Source: an uncultured Gemmatimonadales bacterium
Lineage (GTDB): Bacteria; Gemmatimonadota; Gemmatimonadetes; Longimicrobiales; RSA9
Length of the DNA: 64,000 bases
Direction of reading: 5' to 3'
NCBI GenBank assembly: GCA_963798845.1
Contig: CAWCUS010000001.1
Coordinates: forward strand, 192,001-256,000
Shown here: positions 1 to 9,250 of the stretch, one piece after another
How the letters are laid out: each line of letters opens with the position of its first letter
Numbering within the stretch: the stretch's first letter is position 1
Made by a program: the position numbers and the translations under genes
Notes under the pieces: model-generated
The model's database searches: none
The model's input: only the letters and a program-made list of their open reading frames with translations
What the model was told of the DNA's origin: nothing

Positions 1-675
1 GTCCGTCTCGTCGACCAGCGTCCGGACGTTCATGGTGGAGAGGTCCGCCATGAGCATGAGCGTGCTGCCCCCCGAGACGTTCCCGCTCGCAGACGCGATG
101 ATCTGACCCGCCTCCACGTCCTTCTGGATGATCGTGCCGGTGATCGGCGCGCGGATCGTCACGTCCCCCATGCGCTCTTTCGCGAGCTGGAGGTTCGTCT
201 CCGCCTTGACCAGCTGCGCACGCGCGTTCGCCGCGTCGAGCACCGTGGTCTCCATCTCCTGCTGCGTAAGGACGTTCGCATCGCGCAGCTCCTTCGACCG
301 CTTCGCCTGCGACTGCGCGATCTGGAAGCGCGCCTGCGCCACGTCCAGGTCCGCCTGCGCCTGGTCCAGCCCGTTGCGGACGTCCCGTGGGTCGATCTCG
401 GCCAACAGGGCCCCCTTCTCCACGCGGTCGCCCGTGTCCACGTGCAGGCTCGTGATCTCGCCCGACGCCTTCGACTTCACCTCCACCACGAGGATCGGCT
501 CCACCTGTCCCGAAGCCTCCACCCGGATGTCCAGGTTTCCACGCTCCACGTGCGCGACCTCGTCTTCGTTCCCGCTCACGGTTTCGGCCGCGTCCCCCGA
601 GGCGCAGCCGCCCACGGTTCCGGCCAGAACCGCCAGGCCCAGTCCCCATTCGATCCAGCGTTGCATCAGCCGCAT
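1..675 (-). CDS. Efflux RND/MacA-type periplasmic adaptor (MFP) subunit, runs off the left window edge
   Basis: Translated by hand from ATG at 675 with an AGGAGG SD overlapping the upstream stop: MRLMQRWIEWGLGL...VEASGQVEPILVVEVKSKASGEI...VDTGDRVEKGALLAEID...TIRAPITGTII...VDETD. These are MFP lipoyl and beta-barrel motifs. It directly follows a TolC gene. Confidence 0.9.
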   Translation of the reverse strand, partial: MRLMQRWIEWGLGLAVLAGTVGGCASGDAAETVSGNEDEVAHVERGNLDIRVEASGQVEPILVVEVKSKASGEITSLHVDTGDRVEKGALLAEIDPRDVRNGLDQAQADLDVAQARFQIAQSQAKRSKELRDANVLTQQEMETTVLDAANARAQLVKAETNLQLAKERMGDVTIRAPITGTIIQKDVEAGQIIASASGNVSGGSTLMLMADLSTMNVRTLVDETD

Positions 676-679
676 CCTC

Positions 680-2020
680 CTAGAGCGTACGCCCGATCAG
701 CGACTCCAGCTCCGACTTCGCGAGCAGGTAGTCGTAGCGGGCGTTGATGAGATCGTTCTCCGCCTGCGTCAGCGCGATCTGTGATGAGACCAGGTCGAGA
801 ATCGTACCCGCGCCGTGGTCGTACCGCTCCTTCTGCACCCGGTAGTCCTCCCCCGCCACCGCCACCGACTCCTGCAGCAGCGCCAACTGCTGCTCCGCCA
901 GTTGCACCGAGGCCAGGAGGCGCTCCACCTCTGTCACCACCGCCCGGGACGCATCCTCCGCCTGCGCCGTCGCCAGCGTGACCTGCGCGTTGGCCCGATC
1001 CACCGCCGCCTCGCGCTGCAGGCCGTTGAACAGCGGGTAGGACAGGCGGACGCTGGTGCTCCAGCTCGTGCGCCCGCCGGCCAGCGCGGCGTCCGAGTTC
1101 GCCCAGTTGTACCCGCCACTGAGCCCCAGGGTCGGGACCCACTGGGCCCTGGCCTGGGACAGACCCGACCGGGCGACGTTCAGGTTCGCCTCGGCCGAGA
1201 GAACGGTCGGCGCCTGCGCCAGCACCAGCTCGCGCATCGCCGCCCCGCTCAACGCCAGCGGCTGCGGTTCCAGCTGCTCCGGTCGCGCTGCCTCCACGGC
1301 GCCCGTGATCCCCGCCGCCTGACCCAGGGCGTACATGGCCGTCCGCCGCTGCGTCTCGGCCTGGAGCCACGCCTGCTGCGCGTTCCGCACCTGGAGCCGC
1401 GCCCTCAGAACGTCCGAGCGCGTGGCCTGGCCCGCCTGCAGCCGCTGCCGCGCCGCAAGCTGCTGGGCCTCGGCCTGCTCGATCTGCTGCTTCGTCAGCT
1501 CGATCAGGTCCTCCGCCCGCAGCACGGCGAAGAACGCCGTCTTCGCAGACAGGGCCACGTCGAACCGCCTCGCGGTCAGCGTGGCCTCCGCCGCGGACTC
1601 CGACGCGCGGGCGCTCCGCACCTGCGCCAGGTTCCGGCCGCCCGCGAACAGGTCCATGTTCGACGAGAGCCCGGCGCTGTAGCTGTTGCTCTGATTCGTG
1701 AGCTGGATGTTGGTCTGCGGATCGTAGCGCTGGGAGCTCGATGCCGACGCCCCCGACGAGAACGACAGGCTCGGGAGCATGGAGGCGTACGCCTGCCGCG
1801 TCGCGTACTCCGCCGTGCCGAGCGCCGTAGACGCTTGCACCACCTGCGGGTTCACTTCCAGCGCGCGCGCCACCGCCTCGTCCAGAGTGACCGTGTCCAC
1901 CACGGCGACCGGCGCGATGGTCGGCGCCGCCGCGGTGGTGTCCTGCGCCACTGCCGGCCCCGCGCCGACGGCGCCCGAGAGAGCGCACACGAGCGCGGCC
2001 ACTGCAACGCTGCGTTTCAT
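680..2020 (-). CDS. TolC family outer membrane efflux protein
   Basis: Signal peptide MKRSVAVAAL; TLDEAVARALEVNP, PSLSFS, YPLFNG and C-terminal ARYDYLLAKSELESLIG are typical of OEP repeats. Confidence 0.9.
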   Translation of the reverse strand: MKRSVAVAALVCALSGAVGAGPAVAQDTTAAAPTIAPVAVVDTVTLDEAVARALEVNPQVVQASTALGTAEYATRQAYASMLPSLSFSSGASASSSQRYDPQTNIQLTNQSNSYSAGLSSNMDLFAGGRNLAQVRSARASESAAEATLTARRFDVALSAKTAFFAVLRAEDLIELTKQQIEQAEAQQLAARQRLQAGQATRSDVLRARLQVRNAQQAWLQAETQRRTAMYALGQAAGITGAVEAARPEQLEPQPLALSGAAMRELVLAQAPTVLSAEANLNVARSGLSQARAQWVPTLGLSGGYNWANSDAALAGGRTSWSTSVRLSYPLFNGLQREAAVDRANAQVTLATAQAEDASRAVVTEVERLLASVQLAEQQLALLQESVAVAGEDYRVQKERYDHGAGTILDLVSSQIALTQAENDLINARYDYLLAKSELESLIGRTL

Positions 2021-2210
2021 CGTCCGCCTGTTTCCGGAATCCCCCCATCGGGGCGCATGCCCCGTCTCCGGCCATACAGACGCACGCCGCCCTCGTTTCG
2101 TTGGGGCAACCCGGCCGCTGGCTGTGGTCATCCAATCGGTGTGATACGGCCGCTCCGGCGCGCGCTTCGGAACAAATGCGGCGGTCCGGGCAAACTAATG
2201 AGGCGGTCCA

Positions 2211-2226
2211 TGGCATATGCCGTGCG
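2211..2226 (+). promoter_or_regulatory. Putative sigma-54 (-24/-12) promoter of degP
   Basis: TGGCATATGCCGTGCG has GG at 2212-13, then N10, then GC at 2224-25, about 55 nt upstream of the ATG. Confidence 0.45.
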
Positions 2227-2280
2227 GCCGCGAACGTGTGGATGACTGTGACAGATCCAGAAGGAAGGCGGAGGCGGGCA

Positions 2281-3786
2281 ATGGCAGTGCAAGGCAATAT
2301 GGCCCGGAGAGCGCTGGTGGCATCCCTGCTCCTGGTCGTGGGGTGCGGCCGTGCGGACGCAGCGGCGCAGGTGGAGGACCAGACGCAGGTGCAGCAGACG
2401 CTCGGGAACGTGCCGGCGACCGTGGACACCACCACGGCGGCGTCGCTCTCGAAGACCTTCAGGGCCGCGGCGGCCCGGGCTCTGCCCGGCGTGGTGACGG
2501 TGCAGGTGACGGAGAAGCCGCAGCAGATGGCGGCCTCGCCCTTCCCGTTCCCGTTCGGCCAGCAGGGGCCGCAGCAGCAGGCGCCGGCGCAGCACGGAAC
2601 GGGATCGGGTTTCGTGTTCACCAAGGAAGGCTACATCATCACCAACAACCATGTGGTGGAGAACGCCACGGACGTGCAGGTCCGGTTCGTCGACGGCCGC
2701 GTCTACGACGACGTGGAGGTGGTGGGACGCGATCCGAACACCGACATCGCCGTGATCAAGGTCAAGGGCGATCGCGACTTCCAGCCTCTCGATATCGGAA
2801 ACTCCGATGCCGCCCAGGTGGGCGACTGGGTCCTCGCGCTCGGGAACCCGCTCGACCTCGGCTTCACCGTGACCGCCGGAATCGTCAGCGCCAAGGGTCG
2901 GCGGCTCGGGATCATCCAGGGAGAGGGCGGCGAGAATGGCACGAACGCCACGCCGCCGCTGGAGTCGTTCATCCAGACGGACGCCGCGATCAACCCCGGG
3001 AACTCCGGGGGCCCCCTCGTGGATCTCTACGGCCGCGTCATCGGCGTGAACAGCGCAATCTACTCGCGGACGGGGACATACGCGGGCAATGGCTTCGCCA
3101 TTCCGAGCGCCATCGCGGTCAAGGCAGCGCGCGACATCATTCAGTACGGCTACGTCCGGCGCCCGCGGCTCGGGGTGCTGATCAGCCCCGTGGGCGAAGC
3201 GCAGGCGCAGCTTTACCATCTCCCGACCATCTCGGGCGCAGTCGTCAACGAGGTGGAGCCCGGGAGCCCGGCGGACAAGGCCGGGCTCAAGCCGGAAGAC
3301 GTGGTCACCACGCTGAACGGGCAGCCGGTGACGGATGCCGACGCCCTGACCACCCGGCTCGCCCGCATGAACCCGGGCGACAAGATCACGCTCGGCTACA
3401 TCCGCAACGGCGAGCGGAAGAGCGTTCAGATCGAGCTCGGTCAGTTCGAGGTCAAGCACGCCGAAGCCACCCCGACGAACACCACTGAGTCGGCGGAGGA
3501 GAAGCTGGGCATCGGTCTGACCGATCTCACGCCCGAGATCCGAGACCAGCTCGACCTGCAGCCCGGAGTCGACGGCGTCGTGGTCACGGACGTGGCTCCG
3601 TTCGGACCCGCCGTGGGCGTCCTCCAGCGCGGCGACGTCATCCTGGCCTTCAACCGCAAGCCCGTGAGCAACGTCCGGGCGCTGCAGAGCCTGGCGAAGG
3701 ACGTGGACGCCGGGAGCGTGGTCGTCGTCAAGATCCGCGCGCGCAGCACCGGCAACGTCGGGGTGCGGAGCTTCCGACTCCACTGA
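2281..3786 (+). CDS. degP: DegP/HtrA (Do family) periplasmic serine protease with two PDZ domains
   Basis: GSGF, TNNHVV (His), TDIAVIK (Asp), IQTDAAINPGNSGGPL (Ser), two PDZ domains. GGAGG SD before ATG 2281. Confidence 0.93.
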   Translation: MAVQGNMARRALVASLLLVVGCGRADAAAQVEDQTQVQQTLGNVPATVDTTTAASLSKTFRAAAARALPGVVTVQVTEKPQQMAASPFPFPFGQQGPQQQAPAQHGTGSGFVFTKEGYIITNNHVVENATDVQVRFVDGRVYDDVEVVGRDPNTDIAVIKVKGDRDFQPLDIGNSDAAQVGDWVLALGNPLDLGFTVTAGIVSAKGRRLGIIQGEGGENGTNATPPLESFIQTDAAINPGNSGGPLVDLYGRVIGVNSAIYSRTGTYAGNGFAIPSAIAVKAARDIIQYGYVRRPRLGVLISPVGEAQAQLYHLPTISGAVVNEVEPGSPADKAGLKPEDVVTTLNGQPVTDADALTTRLARMNPGDKITLGYIRNGERKSVQIELGQFEVKHAEATPTNTTESAEEKLGIGLTDLTPEIRDQLDLQPGVDGVVVTDVAPFGPAVGVLQRGDVILAFNRKPVSNVRALQSLAKDVDAGSVVVVKIRARSTGNVGVRSFRLH

Positions 3787-3813
3787 GCCGGCCAAGCCCG
3801 GCGCGCCGCCCGG

Positions 3814-6800
3814 CTATCCCCGGTGCGATTCGCCGCCGTCCTCCTTCGCGGGGGGCGGCGGCGTTTTCGGGATGGTGAGCCAGACCGTGGTCCCCTGCCC
3901 GGCTTCGCTCTCCGCGCCGGCCGCCCCGCCCCACCCCTCGACCAGCCGGCGCACGATCGCGAGCCCCAGCCCCGTCCCGGACGACCGCGTCGAGAAGTGA
4001 GGCTCGAAGATGTGGGGCAGCTGGCTCTCGGGGATCCCGGGACCGTTGTCCTGCACCTCCAGCCGAACGCCGTCGCCCTCGTCCTCCACCCGCACTTCCA
4101 CGACACCACCATCGGGAACGGCAGCGCGTGCGTTCTCGAGCAGGTTGACGATGACCTCCCGCAACTCCGACGCCCGCGCCGCGGCCACGGCGCTGGCGGG
4201 CTCGGCGGAAAGGCGGTAGACCACCGCGCGGTCGGGGGCACGGTACAGCGTGAGGACATCCCGGGCGATGGCGGCCACGTCGACTCGCTCCATCGCGCCC
4301 GTCGCCTCCTGAGGCGCACCGTACCGCGAGAACGCCTTCGCGATCTCGCTGAGCCGCTCGATCTCCGCGAGGATGTGGTCCACGCTCGTGTCGAGGATGG
4401 GCTCGAAATCCGCTCGCCCGTCCCGGTAGGCCCGCCGGATGTGCTGCACCGACAGCTTGATCGGCGTGAGCGGGTTCTTGATCTCGTGCGCCACCTGCCG
4501 CGCCATCTCCCCCCACGCCAGGATCCTGGCCGTCCGGACTTCCTGCGCCCGAGCCCGCCGGAGCCGCCGCGTCATCAGGTTGAACGAGGCGAACAGCTCC
4601 CCGAACTCGTCTCGCCGGTGCTCCGGCAGGCGGACCCGGAGCCGGCCCCGTCCCACGGCCGACGAGGCCCGCCGCAGCTCCCCGATCGGTCGCGCCAGCG
4701 CGCGCCCCACGAGGACCGACAGGCTCAGCGACAGGACCGCGCCAATGAGCACCCCGAAGAGCACCAGGTGACCGAACTCCCGCTGTCGTACCGCGACATC
4801 CCGGGCGGCGAGCCATACGGGCACCGCCACGGTCTCCGAGGAATCCGGCAGGCGACGGTAGGCTACCAGATACGACCGGCCCGCCAGCGACCCGCGCTCC
4901 GTCCCGACCCGGGCCTCGCCCCCCATCATCGCCGTATAGAGGTCCGGCGGCATCCATGCGTCGTATAGACCGAGCTCCACCGCCGCCGGCATCGACGCGT
5001 CCGCGAGAGACCCACGCTCGTAGAACAGCAGATCCTCTCCCGTCCTGCTCGCCGTTTCCTCCAGCCCCGTCTGCGGCAGGAGGCCGGCGGCGTGCGCCAC
5101 CGCGCGCTCCGCCACCTCCCGGGCCGCCCGGGTCACCTCCTCGGCCAGCGCGCGATAAGCCGCCCAGCCGAACACGGCGGTCGGCAGAAGGAAGAACGCG
5201 AAGAGCGATACGATCAGCCGGGCGCGGAACCCGGCCAGCCATCCAGTCCATCCGCCCGGCGGTGCGGGCAGGTCGCCGCGTGCCAGCAGGCCCGCGGTCC
5301 ACAGGCCCGTCAGCAGGAGCAGGTCGAGCGTCACCAGCAGCATGGCCCGGGCGAACCGGATCCCTGCCGGTGGCATGCGCAGCTCCAGACGCGCCTGATA
5401 GGTGTCCGGACCCTCCTGGACCAGCGCCTCCTTTCGCCACGCGGAGCCCACCCGGTGCCAGCTCGTGACGGGCGGAGAGGCGGCACCGGGCTGCGCGCGA
5501 AGGAGGTCGAGCGTGACCGCGCTCCGTGCCTCCCCTTCGATGAAGGTCGCCAGCGCGGACGTCGGCTGCAGGTTGGCGCGCGGCGCCACCGCCACGGACA
5601 CCACCCCTCGGCCGGGCAGAGGAACGGCGAGGATCCGGCTCACACCTCCCCCCTCCGCCGGGATGTTCTCCATGACACCGTGGGACATCGCTTCGGCCAC
5701 CACCCGCTCGACCTCACGCGCGCCGGGATCGTCGGTGTCGAGCCGCACGCCCAGGGGAAGCGAGACCCGCCGCTCACCGGTCAGCTCCCAGAGCGAGATC
5801 TCCAGCGGGTACGGCTCGCTCGCCAGCCCGCTCCCCACCCACGACTCGTACAGCAGGTCCAGCCCCTGCTCCCCCTGCGACTCGGCCTGCTGGAGCTCCG
5901 CGGCGAAACGCACCAGGAGGTACGTCAGGAACGGGTCCGCCCGCGTCCCGAAGGACTCCAGCTCGGCTTCCGCCTGCTCGAGGTTCGCCCGCTCGGACGC
6001 CACCCACAGGTGCGGGATCACGGCCGTCGACGCCAGCCATCCGGCCACCAGCCAGCGCAGCAGCACGTCTCCACGTCCCGCGTAGCCCGCGAGTCCCCGC
6101 GCCGACAGCAGGAAAGGCACGCTCCAGGCAAGCAGCAGCGGCGTGGGTACGGGCCGCCCCGGCGACCAGACCAGCGCGACCACCGCCGACAGCGCCCCGG
6201 CGAGCGCCGCGCCGGCGACAAGGTAAAGGCCCACCGTACGCGGCTCGTCCGGACGCGACGCTCGTGGCATCAGGACCGCTGCCAGCACGCTCAGCAGCAC
6301 TACCGTGGTGGTCTGGAGCACGTACCACAGGGGGGCCACCGACGTCAGCATGGGTAGCCCCGCGCTGGCCGTCATCACGCCGGCGCCAATGGCGAACCCG
6401 CCGCCCACCAGCGCCGCGCCCACCGACAGCCGGAGCCACAGCTCGCTCCGGCGCGTTCCCGGCGGTCGGAGCGTGGACATGAGCGCCGCCAGCGGGAGCA
6501 GCACCACGATCACGCCCTCGATGACGAAGTCCCCGGGCACAGGAAGCACGAAGAAGCCGGGCGAGAACAGCCGGTCGAGCCCGAACGTGCGTCTCAGTGG
6601 CGCCGCCATGAGTGTCATGCTCAGCGCCAGGAGCGGGACCGCACCGGCGAGCCCGCCGCGGTCCTCGACGGAGCGTAGCCACGCGGCCGCGAACAGCCCG
6701 AGCGCCGTCAGCATCAGCACGAACACCATCTCCCGTCCGGTGCGCGCCACCCGGGAACGCCAGTCGCCCTGCGTCAGTGCCGGGAAGCGCGCGTGCATGA

Positions 6801-7551
6801 CGGGCTTCCCCTCCAGCACGAGCGTCCAGTCCGCGCCCGCATCCTCGCCCGCGCCGAACCTCGGACGCTCACCCGTGACCGCCTCGAAGCGCTCGCTCAG
6901 CGCGTTCGTCTTCCCTCGCAGCGGCGGACCCGCCTGCAACAGCATCGCCGCCACCGCCCTCCGCCCTTCCCCTGCCGGCGCCACGGCGTACAGGTAGGTG
7001 AACAGCGTACCGTCCGTGTAGACGATCCCCGGCTCCGCACGCAGCACCGCCTCGGGAAGGCGGCCGCGATGGTGCCCGGCCCAGACCACGGGCCTCCCGT
7101 CCGGATCCACCAGCGCCACGGCCGCCACTTCGGTGCGCTCGCGGATCCGTTCCATCGCGTCGAACGACGCCTCCCACCCGGGGTCCGCCGCCAGGTACGC
7201 CGCCGCGGTCACGCGCCGGATCGCCCCCTCCATCCGGTCCTGGAGCCGTGATGAGAGCCGCTCCTGGCGCGCCGCAACCACTCCCTGCCAGTCCCGGATC
7301 CCGCGCTCCAGCCGCAGTGTCGTGGCCCCGGCTGCGACCAGCCCCAGCGACAGCGCCGCCAGCGCCACCGGCGCCAGGGTCCGCTCGCCGGAGGCACGCT
7401 GTCGGCGCGCTTCGAGCAGCGCCGCCACGACCACGACCACCAAGGCTGTGAGCAACGCCCACGGGGAGAGCGTACGGCTCCACGCCAGCAGCGCCAGGAT
7501 GCCCGCGAATCCCACCGCCGGCACCGTGCGCTTCAGCCCCCGTGGCATCAT
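3814..7551 (-). CDS. Very large multi-TM HAMP sensor histidine kinase (NtrY-like C-terminus), about 1245 aa
   Basis: HAMP (RPIGEL...DEFGELFASFN), H-box ARQVAHEIKNPLTP, N-box NLLENA, G-boxes DNGPGI, FEPHFST and GTGLGL. Start placed at MMPRG after a GGAGA SD. Confidence 0.9.
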   Translation of the reverse strand: MMPRGLKRTVPAVGFAGILALLAWSRTLSPWALLTALVVVVVAALLEARRQRASGERTLAPVALAALSLGLVAAGATTLRLERGIRDWQGVVAARQERLSSRLQDRMEGAIRRVTAAAYLAADPGWEASFDAMERIRERTEVAAVALVDPDGRPVVWAGHHRGRLPEAVLRAEPGIVYTDGTLFTYLYAVAPAGEGRRAVAAMLLQAGPPLRGKTNALSERFEAVTGERPRFGAGEDAGADWTLVLEGKPVMHARFPALTQGDWRSRVARTGREMVFVLMLTALGLFAAAWLRSVEDRGGLAGAVPLLALSMTLMAAPLRRTFGLDRLFSPGFFVLPVPGDFVIEGVIVVLLPLAALMSTLRPPGTRRSELWLRLSVGAALVGGGFAIGAGVMTASAGLPMLTSVAPLWYVLQTTTVVLLSVLAAVLMPRASRPDEPRTVGLYLVAGAALAGALSAVVALVWSPGRPVPTPLLLAWSVPFLLSARGLAGYAGRGDVLLRWLVAGWLASTAVIPHLWVASERANLEQAEAELESFGTRADPFLTYLLVRFAAELQQAESQGEQGLDLLYESWVGSGLASEPYPLEISLWELTGERRVSLPLGVRLDTDDPGAREVERVVAEAMSHGVMENIPAEGGGVSRILAVPLPGRGVVSVAVAPRANLQPTSALATFIEGEARSAVTLDLLRAQPGAASPPVTSWHRVGSAWRKEALVQEGPDTYQARLELRMPPAGIRFARAMLLVTLDLLLLTGLWTAGLLARGDLPAPPGGWTGWLAGFRARLIVSLFAFFLLPTAVFGWAAYRALAEEVTRAAREVAERAVAHAAGLLPQTGLEETASRTGEDLLFYERGSLADASMPAAVELGLYDAWMPPDLYTAMMGGEARVGTERGSLAGRSYLVAYRRLPDSSETVAVPVWLAARDVAVRQREFGHLVLFGVLIGAVLSLSLSVLVGRALARPIGELRRASSAVGRGRLRVRLPEHRRDEFGELFASFNLMTRRLRRARAQEVRTARILAWGEMARQVAHEIKNPLTPIKLSVQHIRRAYRDGRADFEPILDTSVDHILAEIERLSEIAKAFSRYGAPQEATGAMERVDVAAIARDVLTLYRAPDRAVVYRLSAEPASAVAAARASELREVIVNLLENARAAVPDGGVVEVRVEDEGDGVRLEVQDNGPGIPESQLPHIFEPHFSTRSSGTGLGLAIVRRLVEGWGGAAGAESEAGQGTTVWLTIPKTPPPPAKEDGGESHRG

Positions 7552-7560
7552 ACTGTCTCC

Positions 7561-8307
7561 ATGAAGAACACCAACGGAACTCCCCTCGCCCTGGACGAGC
7601 TCAGCTGGATCGACGTCGCGGCCCACCTCGCCCGCGACCCCCGGCTCATCATTCCCGTCGGCGCCCTCGAGCAGCACGGGCCACACCTGCCCCTCGGCAG
7701 CAATGTCGTCATCGCCAGGCAGTTCGCGCTCGATCTGTCCGAGGAATTCGAGGTGCTACGCGCTCCCACGTTCGCCTACGGCGTCAATGTACGGACCGAG
7801 CGCGCGTACGCAGGAACCGCGTCGCTCGGCGGCAAGACCCTGCACCGCGCCATCAATGAGCTGCTCGATGCATGGGAAACGCACGGCATCACGGAGTTTA
7901 TCCTCATCACGGCTCACCGGCACGACCCGCACCTCGATGCGCTGGCCACGCTCGTCACTACCGACGCCCGCGTCCGCGTCGTCGACATCTGGGACGTCCC
8001 CATCCACGACCTCCTCGAAGGTCAGGAGACCGCCGAGCACGCCGGCGAGGCCGAGACCTCCCTCATGCTCCACATCCACCCCGAGCTCGTCCGGATGGAC
8101 CGGGCTCGCGATTTCGAGCTCTCCCCCGAGCAGTTCCGCCGCTACATGCGCGGTGGCATGCCCGCGCCTCCTGCCGGCGGCACCGGGTGCGTCGGCCGAC
8201 CCACCCTCGCCTCCGCCGAAAAGGGCGCCCGCATCTATCTGCGCATCCTCGACGCCATCCGTCGCGCTGTCTTCGTTACCCCCGACCAGGGAACGGACAC
8301 CCTCTGA
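7561..8307 (+). CDS. Creatininase/mycofactocin MftE-like amidohydrolase family protein
   Basis: IIPVGALEQHGPHLPLG and HAGEAETS motifs. Confidence 0.88.
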   Translation: MKNTNGTPLALDELSWIDVAAHLARDPRLIIPVGALEQHGPHLPLGSNVVIARQFALDLSEEFEVLRAPTFAYGVNVRTERAYAGTASLGGKTLHRAINELLDAWETHGITEFILITAHRHDPHLDALATLVTTDARVRVVDIWDVPIHDLLEGQETAEHAGEAETSLMLHIHPELVRMDRARDFELSPEQFRRYMRGGMPAPPAGGTGCVGRPTLASAEKGARIYLRILDAIRRAVFVTPDQGTDTL

Positions 8308-8383
8308 GCGAATCCCGTCTCCGCCCCCGAACTCTCCGCCGCGGACGGGGTATCCTGAGCAGAACCAAAATGGAGAATCGCCG

Positions 8384-9070
8384 ATGATCGCTCGCATGTC
8401 CGCTGCCATCGCCCTCGCGCTCCTCGCTGCGACTGGCAACGCCCAGGCCCAGAGCCAGACCATCGACCAGGGCAGCTTCCGCCTCCTCGTGCGCGGCCAG
8501 CCCGTGGGCACCGAGACCTTCACCATCCAGCGCAAGGGCGAAGGCCCCTCCAGCGTGGTCGTGGCACAGGGACGCGTCGCTCTCGACAATGGCGACGAGA
8601 CCCGAATCCTCCTCCAGACCGACGGCCCCGACCTGCGCCCTGCCGGCTACCAGATCGAGGTCACCGGTGCCGACAAGCAGAGCATCCGCGGTCAGGTCGC
8701 AGGCAACCGGTTCCGCGCCCAGATCGTCTCCAGCGCCGGCGAGATGATGCGCGAGTATCTCACCAGCGACGGTGCCGTCATCATCGACGACGACGTGGCA
8801 CACCAGTACTACTTCCTCTCCCCCCACCTCCAGAACGGCGCCCGCGTTCCCATCATCATTCCCAGGGAAAGCAGGCAGATCTCCGCCACGATCGCCGCAG
8901 ACGGCAACGATTCCGTCGAGATCGACGGCCACCAGGTCTCCGCCCGCAAGTTCACCGTGACTCCCGCGGGCATGCCGGCGCGCACCATCTGGTTCGACGG
9001 ACAGGGCCGCGTCCTTCGCCTCAGCGTCCCCGGCCAGAACTTCGTCGCCGAGCGCACCGCGCTCCCGTGA
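8384..9070 (+). CDS. Secreted hypothetical protein (beta-rich)
   Basis: GGAGA SD, signal peptide MIARMSAAIALALLAATGNAQA, strong GC3 codon bias. Confidence 0.75.
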   Translation: MIARMSAAIALALLAATGNAQAQSQTIDQGSFRLLVRGQPVGTETFTIQRKGEGPSSVVVAQGRVALDNGDETRILLQTDGPDLRPAGYQIEVTGADKQSIRGQVAGNRFRAQIVSSAGEMMREYLTSDGAVIIDDDVAHQYYFLSPHLQNGARVPIIIPRESRQISATIAADGNDSVEIDGHQVSARKFTVTPAGMPARTIWFDGQGRVLRLSVPGQNFVAERTALP

Positions 9071-9112
9071 CTCCCGGTCATGGCACAGTGGGCGGAGCGG
9101 CCCGTGGGACCG

Positions 9113-9155
9113 TTGACAGGTTCTGAACTCTGGTGTATTAGTACGCCAACACACC
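9113..9155 (+). promoter_or_regulatory. Sigma-70 promoter with an overlapping inverted-repeat operator (YtrA/GntR-like)
   Basis: TTGACA (9113-18), 17 nt, TATTAG (9136-41). Inverted repeat GGTGTATTAG-tacg-CCAACACACC (8/10 match). Confidence 0.6.
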
Positions 9156-9250
9156 GGAGCCCTCATGCCCCTGACGTCCCGAAACAAACTGCGAGGCCGG
9201 TGCGTACGGGGGGCGGGTCGCAGTCGAAACACACTCGGATTCGAACCACC

